Source: an uncultured delta proteobacterium
Lineage (GTDB): Bacteria; Desulfobacterota; Binatia; UBA9968
Assembly (NCBI GenBank): GCA_963755715.1
Contig: CAVWLW010000023.1
Location: 11,396 to 75,395, forward strand
Length of the DNA stretch: 64,000 nucleotides
Reading direction: 5' to 3'
In this document: piece after piece, positions 42,440 to 50,746 of the stretch
Layout of the letters: each line of letters starts with the position of its first letter
How positions within the stretch are numbered: the stretch's first letter is position 1
Position numbers and translations under genes: made by a program
Notes under the pieces: generated by a model
The model's database searches: none
Seen by the model: the letters and a program-made list of their open reading frames with translations, nothing else
Told to the model about the DNA's origin: nothing

Positions 42440-42970
42440 ATGCGCCTTGAAGAGCGAATCAAGAAAATTTTCAAATTGATCACACAAATTTCAGTGAAGC
42501 TGAACGGAAGTGAAGTCGATCCTGTCGGCATAGGCATGGATTGGCAGGAGCGTGAATACGACCTTGCCTACAAGTACCCGCACGCAAATTCGTGCTGGCT
42601 ATGGTTGGCTCAACGTTCTTGAGAATGGGCAATGCTGAGCGTCGAAGGCTTAACCGGATGCAAGTTGAATCAGACGATTATCGTGAAAATTTTTTTTGCG
42701 ATCTCCGAAATTACAGACCAACGAGAGTGGGTTTCGCTGACCGCTCAACCATACCCGACGGGCCGACGTCGAAGTTGCTACGTGAAAGGGGAAAGGCAGC
42801 CGCGTTATTACCGTAAGCATTCCGTCCGGTTTGGTGAGTGGACGCGTGTCTATTCTGAGCTGATCATCGATAAAGAAGTAATCCGCAAGCTGCCACTTTG
42901 CTTGCCCATCATCTGGTCGAGTGGTTACAAAAAGCATGACCAAACTGAGGAGCGGCGTGAGATTGTTTAG
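42440..42970 (+). CDS. Hypothetical protein(s): two ORFs in the same frame separated by TGA at 42620
   Basis: 42440-42622 and 42632-42970 share a frame; no recognised motif. Confidence 0.3.
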
Positions 42971-43039
42971 GCGGTCGCCTGCAGGATTTCCAGGCCTTCT
43001 TCACTCAGAACACCCAGTGCGAGGCACCCTCGGCATCCA

Positions 43040-43150
43040 GGGCGCCGAGGTTATCTCCAACGCGTCTCCCCTCCAGTATCTACATCAGCTCGGTGTGCTG
43101 TATGTTCTTCCAAAGCTAGTCACAACAATTACAGTGCCGCCGGCGGTCCA
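43040..43150 (+). pseudogene. DUF3368 / PIN-domain N-terminal fragment
   Basis: AEVISNASPLQYLHQLGVLYVLPKL...TITVPPAV. Confidence 0.6.
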
Positions 43151-43154
43151 ATGG

Positions 43155-43420
43155 CTATTGCGGCCAGGGCTTCTCTAAACTGACGATCCAGTCTCTCTCC
43201 CTCACCCACTTCCCGGGGCATTTCCCCTTATACTCAGTGCAATGGTAATAAACATATCTGCCTTTCTTGATTTCAGCGGTGAGCGCACAGCCGCAACGAC
43301 CGCAGGAAACCAGGCCCCGAAATGCCCAGTTGTGCTTTTGCGGCCGTGTTGGGTGACGCGAACTCTTCTCGGCAAAAACCGATTGGACCCGGTCAAAGAG
43401 ATCTATTGTAAACCATTTGA
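43155..43420 (-). pseudogene. Large serine recombinase fragment (zinc beta-ribbon region)
   Basis: DLFDRVQ...AFRGLVSCGRCGCALTAEIKKGRYVYYHC. Confidence 0.8.
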
Positions 43421-43539
43421 GTTGGCAGGGGGGGGACCCCTGTAAGAAGACTCGAACCCTATGTAACATTTCAATACGAGCGAAAACGGAATCTCAGCGG
43501 TAAGAAAATGAAACGAAGTGGAAATTCCGCTGCTTTTCG

Positions 43540-44661
43540 TTATGCCGTCTCGAGCAATTTGTCGAGACAAACACGCCAATCCATTGGCAAATGAACGAGC
43601 TCATTTCCTCCTCTCCAGGTAAGACCCTTCGTTGCAAAGGTTTGTTGGTAAGCCCACTGAGCTATTCGGGTCGATACTCCCAGATTATGGACAACGTGGG
43701 CCGAATCAAAGCGCAAGCGAAGTTCGTCGCTTAATCGGGCATTCCGCTCAGCCCATTTTTTTAGATGATCGTCGGCCGCAAGCATGTCCGCCTTCTTGAT
43801 ATTGCACGGACGCTCATGTGCGAGCACAAAGTTATGTCCCAAGTCGAATGGGTACAAAGCCCAGGGTATAAAGTGATCGACATCTGTAGAGCTTCGCCTT
43901 AAATTCTGGCCGCAGTAAAAGCATGATCCTTTTTGTAAGTCCCAGAGAATAGGAATGTAATCACCTAGACTGACTCGGTCTGTGCCGAATAGAAACCCAT
44001 TTAAATCGGTGGTTGTGCCAAGAACAGTATGGTTGAAACGCCGAATGTAACGGGCCCAACTTTCTCGAACGATGTCCGTCACCATCTGGTAAAATTTTCG
44101 AAAACAGAATGCGACTCCACTTTTGAGCACGATAACATTTGTTTTCTCTGCATCTGAATATAAAAATTCCAGATATTCACTACCCACCCTTTGAAGTTTC
44201 CACAACGGTTGCTTAATGACTGTCGCTGAAACCGCATTTACCAATCGCTTCCACTCTTGAGGCGCGGCTCGTCGGAGACTCTGGATATCCCGATGGTTCT
44301 CACGAATTCGAGCTATCAATCGCACGATCTCAGCCTGTGATCCAGTATTTTGTTGGAGAATTTTGCCGCTTTCTGTTTCTTTCCCTGAGATCGGTGGGAT
44401 GTAAGGCATAGTCTGCCTCCAATAATAAACGACGAACTTTTCGGCGATCTCGGAAATGTGCAATTTTAATGGACTGCCGGTATCGTCGCCTTTCTCGACG
44501 CACAAATCCGCCAATGCCGTAAGGAGAGCGTATTTGTATGTGGCAACAAATGCGCCTTCCTTGAGCAAACGCTGGATATTTATTAGAAACTCGATTTGCT
44601 TCTCAGCCGATGGCGCGACTACCGCTGAATCCAGTAAGCGGCTTTCTGTGGTATCACCCAT
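43540..44661 (-). CDS. HNH endonuclease with N-terminal helical domain
   Basis: N-terminal ATYKYALLTALADL; C-terminal CFYCG...DVDHFIPW...HNFVLAH..CN..K. Confidence 0.85.
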   Translation of the reverse strand: MGDTTESRLLDSAVVAPSAEKQIEFLINIQRLLKEGAFVATYKYALLTALADLCVEKGDDTGSPLKLHISEIAEKFVVYYWRQTMPYIPPISGKETESGKILQQNTGSQAEIVRLIARIRENHRDIQSLRRAAPQEWKRLVNAVSATVIKQPLWKLQRVGSEYLEFLYSDAEKTNVIVLKSGVAFCFRKFYQMVTDIVRESWARYIRRFNHTVLGTTTDLNGFLFGTDRVSLGDYIPILWDLQKGSCFYCGQNLRRSSTDVDHFIPWALYPFDLGHNFVLAHERPCNIKKADMLAADDHLKKWAERNARLSDELRLRFDSAHVVHNLGVSTRIAQWAYQQTFATKGLTWRGGNELVHLPMDWRVCLDKLLETA

Positions 44662-45017
44662 CTAACTCCACCTCTTGGATCAGGAACGTCTCCATCACGT
44701 CGCGGAATGATGTGGATGTGTGCATGCGGAACTGTTTGTCCAGCCAGGATTCCATCGTTAACCCCAACGTTGAAGTTGTGGACATTCAGTTTTGTCGCCA
44801 GCAAGTTTCGCACACGGCTAACAAAGACCCAGATATTTGCTTGTTCGTCTGGCGGCAGCTGAAACACCGTTGGCACATGCCGTCGGGGAATCACCACAAT
44901 ATGGCCGTCAGTGACGGGATATGCATCAAGAACGGCGAATGCTTCTAGATCTGAAACCACAATCCGGTCGGGATCTATTGCACAAAAAGGACACTCGGAT
45001 TCATTTGGTGTGGACAT
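44619..45017 (-). CDS. HIT family nucleotide hydrolase
   Basis: CPFC, DAYPVTDGH, AGQTVPHAHIHIIPR, DPRGGVRW. Confidence 0.92.
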   Translation of the reverse strand: MSTPNESECPFCAIDPDRIVVSDLEAFAVLDAYPVTDGHIVVIPRRHVPTVFQLPPDEQANIWVFVSRVRNLLATKLNVHNFNVGVNDGILAGQTVPHAHIHIIPRRDGDVPDPRGGVRWVIPQKAAYWIQR

Positions 45018-45035
45018 TGTTTGGTTGCACGTTTG

Positions 45036-45198
45036 TCAATAACGCCGCTGTAAGCTTGTATCTACGTACGTATCAAACTCATCATTGAAAGCAAAGACGA
45101 TGGCTGGACTGACGGCGTTCGCATTCTTGTCTAGAGTGGTTTCGAATGTTGGCGCGCTTTCTTCTTCTGTCCGTCTGATAAACCTTCCCTCTCGCAGG
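45036..45198 (-). pseudogene. 3' remnant of a gene upstream of the HIT gene
   Basis: LREGRFIRR...YVDTSLQRRY* stops 18 bp before the HIT ATG; truncated by a transposase-derived fragment. Confidence 0.4.
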
Positions 45199-45199
45199 C

Positions 45200-45285
45200 T
45201 TGTCGGGCAAAAGCTGACCCGGCGGTCCATCGAGACGGTGGCGAGAGAGCTGGCGAAGCTATTGAAAATTGACGTCCAGGCGCTG
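45200..45285 (+). repeat. Near-identical copy of an internal segment of the RAYT gene (47872-47958)
   Basis: gacccggcggtccatcgagacggtggcgagagagctggcgaagctattgaaa(a/g)ttgacgtccaggcgctg occurs at both sites. Confidence 0.9.
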
Positions 45286-45413
45286 TGGAGTGACGCGTCG
45301 TTCAGTTCAATCGTGCGGTATGCATTGCAAGCGGTCTCGTTTTTTGTGAGGTCGAAAAGAGAAAACGTGATATACTGCCCGGACATTCGGCAGTTAACTT
45401 ATCAGTTGCCTAG

Positions 45414-45826
45414 ATGAGATTACGAGTGTTCGTCACGCTCGGCATCGGCGCAACGGCTGTATCGCTGTGGCTCTGGGTTGCCGTCTCAGCCGGTCAAATC
45501 GTCTGCAACGTTGTAACCGGTGCCCTGATCATCGCGCAGGACGGCAAGATACATTCCTAGGGAAGATCACCAACAGCTTTGACAGCGAGTCGATATTCAA
45601 TGAGTTTGGGACGTACGGGAACGAATTCAGTTCGAGCTCTATCTGGAACCAGTCCTCTACCTTCGGGAACGAGTTCAGCCCTTACTCTCCGTTCAACGCG
45701 TTCTCGACGACTCCGCCAATGATCATCAAAGATCGTAACGTTCTCGGCTATCTCACGCCGAACAAGAGCATTCGGTCGTCGATCTCGCCGAACGTGCTCA
45801 AAGCGCTATGCAAGGACGCGTTGTGA
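45414..45826 (+). CDS. Secreted hypothetical protein with SIFNEFGTYG / SIWNQSSTFG repeats (frameshift near 45550); probable gene cassette
   Basis: Hydrophobic N-terminus MRLRVFVTLGIG; internal repeats; attC-like site just after the stop. Confidence 0.6.
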
Positions 45827-45835
45827 CACAGGCGA

Positions 45836-45909
45836 ACGTAACTTCACGATTCAGGCCGATACCGAAACGTTTACCGGTCTGGTCAACGGCCAAATGAATC
45901 GGGTTATGT
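45836..45909 (+). other. attC-like recombination site (degenerate)
   Basis: ACGTAAC ... CGATTCA/TGAATCG ... GTTATGT; L'-R' spacer is abnormally short. Confidence 0.5.
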
Positions 45910-46050
45910 TCATGGAGAGGGTCTTTCGGAATGTTTCTGCGGCTCACAGCGGAATCTGCCGAACACCGAGCGGCTTGCAAGCGTTATTAGGGAGCGTCAT
46001 GTGACGTGCGCAACCATGCGTGGGCGGTAGTTCTGCATGGGGAGGTGTTC

Positions 46051-47028
46051 ATGGAAGCGAGCATAAAGCTTCGGCTAGGAAATCTGTTCGATGGTCCCGC
46101 TGATCTCATCGCCCTACCGTGTTCAACCGGAGGAACTATCACAGGTTTTGTTGCTCGTTCGCTTGTGGACTATGCGATTCCGCATCCGCGGGCAGGTATG
46201 TCATTGGGGGAAGTGGAGATTCTTCCCTTTGAAGGAGGTGGTGACATCGCTCAGTTTGTCGCCTTCGCTGCCTCTGTCCGTCGTGATGCATCAACCCCAA
46301 CGGCAATTGAAACCATCGGCGGAAAGCTCGGTGCTTTCACTAAAGCGGAAGCCTCGGTCAGAAAAATCTCTACGCCGCTTTTGGGTGCCGGCGCTGGTGG
46401 ACTGCAGAGCGAAGTCGTCGTAGCCGCACTGAAGCGCGGATTCGTATCTGCTGCGCACCCATCAGCAACGCTTGTTATTCACATCCTGCATCAAGACCTA
46501 TACGAACGCCTTAAAGGCAATCGTAGTGTCTTGCATGGCAAGCCAAAACAGGACGTCCGAGTTTTCATTAGTCACACATCGAAGACCAATGAAGATGTCG
46601 AATGGGTGAAAGGGCTGGCCTTGTTCCTTATTGAGCAAGGCATCCAAGCTCGTCTTGACAAGTTTCATTTGAGGCGGGGAATGGACCTTCCCCAATGGAT
46701 GTGCAATGAGTTGGCATTGGCTCAAAAAGTCATCGTTATTTGCGATGAGACATATAAGCAAAAGGCGGACGGTCGGCTCGGTGGCGTCGGATGGGAAACC
46801 ATGATTATTCAAGGCGATATAGCTAACCTGCCTCCTGATAGCACCAAGTATCAGGTTGTGGTCCGAGCCCATGAACTGCAGAAGGGCTTGCCCTTGTATC
46901 TCAAAACCCGCTATGCATTCCACGCTCCCGACCCAGGTGGTGACGTGTCGTTTCGCGCTGAACTCGTCCGCGAATTGCTCGATCTACCGATCGACCCAGT
47001 GCTAGAAACTAAAGAGTTTCATCTGTGA
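46051..47028 (+). CDS. Macrodomain-like N-terminus fused to SEFIR/TIR domain
   Basis: GGAGG RBS; GNLFD..ADLIALPC and PLLGAGAGGL (macro-like); RVFISH..WV..LA..L...GI...LD..L..G.DLPQWM...GGVGWE (SEFIR/TIR). Confidence 0.78.
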   Translation: MEASIKLRLGNLFDGPADLIALPCSTGGTITGFVARSLVDYAIPHPRAGMSLGEVEILPFEGGGDIAQFVAFAASVRRDASTPTAIETIGGKLGAFTKAEASVRKISTPLLGAGAGGLQSEVVVAALKRGFVSAAHPSATLVIHILHQDLYERLKGNRSVLHGKPKQDVRVFISHTSKTNEDVEWVKGLALFLIEQGIQARLDKFHLRRGMDLPQWMCNELALAQKVIVICDETYKQKADGRLGGVGWETMIIQGDIANLPPDSTKYQVVVRAHELQKGLPLYLKTRYAFHAPDPGGDVSFRAELVRELLDLPIDPVLETKEFHL

Positions 47029-47035
47029 ATCTGAC

Positions 47036-47116
47036 GCGCAACCATGCCTTGCACCGGACGCTTCACCAGCGGCGCTTCGTTTGCTGGTTTCGCGCCCGTG
47101 AAGGCAGACGTTATGC
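47036..47116 (+). other. attC recombination site
   Basis: R'' GCGCAAC, L'' TGCCTTGCAC pairs with L' GTGAAGGCA with extrahelical base, R' GTTATGC; 7 bp after the stop codon. Confidence 0.72.
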
Positions 47117-47191
47117 AGCATGGGCGGCGACGCAGGTGAATGGAGAACGACGGTAAGCCGTCACCGCGAGAGATGATGAAGGAAAAACTAT

Positions 47192-48189
47192 GGGGTCAGA
47201 CTTCTACAAATTGACTATCTCGATTCACCTTGATATGGACTTGCATCATGGCGCGCCGTCCCCGACTATTTGCCGCAGGGGTTCTCTATCACGTGATTGT
47301 GCGAGGCAACCAGCGGCAGAAGACCTTCACTGCGGAAAGTGATTATCAGGCCTATATCGAACGGCTGGCACGGTACCGTAAGAAATATGACTATGTGTTG
47401 CACGCCTACTGCCTGATGCCCAACCATGTCCATCTGCTCGTTGAAAGCTCCGAACAGCCACTGGCGAAATTCATGCAAGGGCTGCAACAATCTTACAGCC
47501 AATATTTCAATCTTAGACATCGCAAGACCGGACACGTGTTTGAAGGGCGCTACAAAGCGATCCTTTGCCAGAAAGACCAGTATCTCCTTCAGCTGATCCG
47601 TTATATTCATCTCAACCCGGTGCGCGCCGGCATGGTAAGAAGTCCGAAGCGCTATCGGTACTCGGGGGATCACGTTTATCTGCAGGGGAAGGCTACGGAA
47701 ACCATAGATCCGGCGACGGTTCTATCGATGTTGGGAGGGAAACAGGCCTATCGAAGGTTTGTTCAAGACGGTTTGAGCGAAGGGCATAAGGAGGAATACT
47801 ATGCGGTGGAGGACCAAAGATTTCTAGGCGCCGAAGGGTTCGGCGCAAGGTTGCTGAAGAAGGAAGCGGGTTTGTCGGGCAAAAAGCCGACCCGGCGGTC
47901 CATCGAGACGGTGGCGAGAGAGCTGGCGAAGCTATTGAAAGTTGACGTCCAGGCGCTGCGTAGTCCGGATCGGGGTTGGGCGATATCGAAAGCGCGCACG
48001 ATAGCGGCGTACGTATTGGTTCGGAGACTGGGCTACCGGTTAAGCGATGTGGCGGCCTATTTTGGCAGAGACATGGCGACACTCGCGACCTTGCTCGCAC
48101 GGCTGAGCGATCGGGTGCAAGCCAATGATACGGCCAGACGGGAGATCGAGCGGCTGAACGAGATAGTTGAGTCGTAGAAGTCTGACCCC
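47192..48189 (+). mobile_element. HUH-transposase element with perfect 16-bp terminal inverted repeats
   Basis: GGGGTCAGACTTCTAC (47192-47207) and GTAGAAGTCTGACCCC (48174-48189) bracket the transposase gene. Confidence 0.75.
47248..48177 (+). CDS. REP-associated tyrosine (Y1/HUH) transposase with C-terminal HTH
   Basis: MARRPR, YHVIVRGN, AYCLMPNHVHLL, GHVFEGRY, YIHLNPVRAG. Confidence 0.9.
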   Translation: MARRPRLFAAGVLYHVIVRGNQRQKTFTAESDYQAYIERLARYRKKYDYVLHAYCLMPNHVHLLVESSEQPLAKFMQGLQQSYSQYFNLRHRKTGHVFEGRYKAILCQKDQYLLQLIRYIHLNPVRAGMVRSPKRYRYSGDHVYLQGKATETIDPATVLSMLGGKQAYRRFVQDGLSEGHKEEYYAVEDQRFLGAEGFGARLLKKEAGLSGKKPTRRSIETVARELAKLLKVDVQALRSPDRGWAISKARTIAAYVLVRRLGYRLSDVAAYFGRDMATLATLLARLSDRVQANDTARREIERLNEIVES

Positions 48190-48245
48190 GTAATTTCCTG
48201 TTGACATTGCGGGGCCTGCAAGTTAGCGTTCGATGGGAGGTCCCA

Positions 48246-48811
48246 TGATAAAGCGAGCTTTGTTGGGAATGCTAGTATGCTTCTCGTGGCTTTTTTTGGC
48301 GAGGTCGGCCTCTGCTGTAGACCGAGTTAGACCGGCTTTTCATGAAGAACTGGGCCAAGCCTGGGACGTTATTGGGCGTGAAGTGCAAGGACTTTTTGAC
48401 CTCTGGGAGGATCACTTCGGTTCTATCGGAGGAAAAGAAGAGTCGCCGCCGATTTCTATGATAATTCGCAATCGGGAGAAACTCGGTCCCTCCACCGAGC
48501 AAGTTAGGAATCTTGAGCGATTGAAAAACAATTTCGAGAAAGAGTCGATTCGCAAGGAGGCCAATATCCGCGTCGCCAAGATGGACCTCCGCGATCTCCT
48601 CAACGCTCAGCCCGTTGACATGTCAAAGGTGGAAGCGAAAGTGCACGAGGTCGAACGGCTGCGCGCGGATTTACGATTTGCACGCATTCGCACGGTTGAA
48701 AAAGGCAAAAAGCACTTACCTCCGATCAACGCGAGAAACTCGGCGCGCTTTCCTCCGACTCTCAGCTCATACGTTTCCAACCTTGAAACTGACCCGGTGT
48801 CCGGGAACTAA
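48246..48811 (+). CDS. Spy/CpxP-like periplasmic protein (C-terminus probably frameshifted)
   Basis: Signal peptide, REKLG.STEQV..L, DL..LL...PVDM.KVEAKV.E..RLRADLR. Confidence 0.65.
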
Positions 48812-49619
48812 AGTTCACAAAGTAAATCAGCCTGCGCCCGGCATTTCAGCGGCCGGCTCCTGCGAAGACGGCGGTTTGAATCGGGGGGCGGTAAATTCCT
48901 GCTTGGATATCTTTAGGACCACTTTGAGACCCAAAGACTTCAGTTGGTTGCCACCTACCAAAATCCGGTCCATCGAGTCCATGTATGCCTTGCTGCATCT
49001 TTAGTACGAATAGCTCCGATGCGAATTTTACTCACGACCGCTGTCGTCTTTGCATTGTATCGGGCGGGATTTATTTGGTTCTGGTGTTGGGTCTCAGCAC
49101 AAAGAAAAGGCACCTTAGGGGGCTAAGACGCCTTTGGATTGGCGATCAGGAACAGGGAGGCAAACGCCGATCGCTCCGCTTAACGATGTGGCGACGTTAA
49201 GGAGGCCAGATCGCCAACTCCTAATTTCAGAATAGCGCTCGAAAAAGCCGAAAAAAGTAGCGCAGAAAAAACAACGACCGTTAAGATGTGCGAGCTAACG
49301 GATATGCCTTCATGGATGTGCCCGGCGCTGTCCAAGACTGGCTCTGAGGTCGCATGAAAGTCTCGCCCTCACGGCAAAACCATTGGCACGAATCTCAACC
49401 TTGATTTACTTAAACGTGTGATCCCTAACCATGCTTCATACTTGGCGAGACTGCGAAACCTTACAATCCTCATAGCCGGAGCTGCACAGCGGCTCCGCGG
49501 TTTAGCTCAACCTCGTTTTATCCGCTCGACGTTACCTCGCCACCATCAAGTAACTTGATTGCCACCAACCTTTAGGGATAAAACGCTATACGTTAGACCC
49601 AGAAAGTAGAGGAGTTTTC

Positions 49620-49685
49620 ATGAGCAATGCAATTGAGAATCTGGTGTCTGCCCAACAACGGGTGATGGCCAAAATTCCGAGGTAA
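49620..49685 (+). pseudogene. DUF1398-like N-terminal remnant following a GTTAGAC core site
   Basis: GTTAGAC, GAGGAG RBS, MSNAIENLVSAQQRVMA then stop. Confidence 0.45.
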
Positions 49686-50351
49686 GTGGTGGCGTTTGAC
49701 TACCGATTAGCTCGAGCACTCGTTCTCGCATGGATTGTCATCGCACCCATTTGCGCAGCGGCGGCTGGTCCGAACTACATTCCGATTGTCACTGCCAGGG
49801 TTCAAGCGCAAGGAACAACGGTTGCAGTCATGGGCTTGGTAACAGTTCCCTCTGGAGATTTTCGGTCGTCCAGCGGAGATGAGGGCTTTGCTATTCAAGA
49901 TCAGACCGCAGGCATTTGGATCAGTGTCAAGAAGAACCTTAAGTTCAAAGTAGGTCAGAGGGTGCTAGTAAGTGGAACACTCGGACAGAACTTCGGAAAG
50001 CTTCAGATCGTTCCTAATAGCCTCGCTGATGTCAAAGCGCTTCCGGGCGTGAAACTGGGAGTGGCGACCGGTCAAGTCGGAATGGCGACTCTGGGATATC
50101 TCATTTCGGTCGAGGGAACCATCACGCAGGACGGTGTCGTCGCTGACCTCCCGTATGGTTACAAGGTGTTCCTGAATGACGGTAGTGGCGTAGTACAAGT
50201 GTACCTCAACGCATCAACGAACATTGATCCTCGTGCGCCTTATCTGAAACCCGGACGACAGTTGCGGGTTACGGGGTTTGGCAGCCAATACAACACAACT
50301 TATGAGATCGAACCTCGCGATCGTCGAGACTTGGAACCCATCTCACTGTAG
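49686..50351 (+). CDS. Secreted protein with two OB-fold-like repeats
   Basis: Signal-like N-terminus; GLVTV..G...FAIQDQTAGI and VFLNDGSG.VQVY...VTGF..QY...YEIEPR. Confidence 0.7.
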   Translation: MVAFDYRLARALVLAWIVIAPICAAAAGPNYIPIVTARVQAQGTTVAVMGLVTVPSGDFRSSSGDEGFAIQDQTAGIWISVKKNLKFKVGQRVLVSGTLGQNFGKLQIVPNSLADVKALPGVKLGVATGQVGMATLGYLISVEGTITQDGVVADLPYGYKVFLNDGSGVVQVYLNASTNIDPRAPYLKPGRQLRVTGFGSQYNTTYEIEPRDRRDLEPISL

Positions 50352-50412
50352 TGAAAAGACGAATCTCGGGCGAAACGAAAAAGTATTTCGGTTGCGAGGG
50401 AGTAATCCGGCG

Positions 50413-50540
50413 GTCTAACCAGTCGCTCCACGCGAACCGCCGCCGTGCATCCTAGTTTCAGGGCGCACCGTATTCAGCGAATGTTGGATACGCTACCAAC
50501 GCCCGGTCCCGGCGACGGTCGGTGAGCTCTATTGTTAGGC
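50413..50540 (+). other. attC recombination site
   Basis: R'' GTCTAAC, L'' CGCTCCAC, stem ACCGCCGCCG/CGGCGACGGT, L' GTGAGCTC, R' GTTAGGC, followed by RBS and ATG. Confidence 0.8.
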
Positions 50541-50568
50541 AGCGGAGAGGCGACCGAAGGAGACAGTG

Positions 50569-50640
50569 ATGACGACCGCCCATGACCTGTTGCAACGACA
50601 CATCCAAACGCTCGTGGGTGACCACGAGCGATGGCTGGCG
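50569..50640 (+). pseudogene. Truncated cassette gene resembling a SnoaL/NTF2-like N-terminus
   Basis: GAAGGAG RBS then MTTAHDLLQRHIQTLVGDHERW. Confidence 0.45.
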
Positions 50641-50746
50641 GATGCGTTTGGGTAAGGCTGTCCCCCGTCGATAGCTTCAAGATTATCGACGGTCCTCGGC
50701 AAGGACTCCCACCTGACTAACGAACGGCGCCGGCGCGAGACGCCGA

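Noticed and set aside
45036-45417. ORFs 45036-45386 (-) and 45085-45417 (+) as real genes
   Set aside because: Chimeras of a truncated gene and the duplicated RAYT fragment
49422-49590. Complete attC (CCCTAAC ... TTAGCTC ... GTT)
   Set aside because: Boxes do not pair convincingly; at best a decayed remnant
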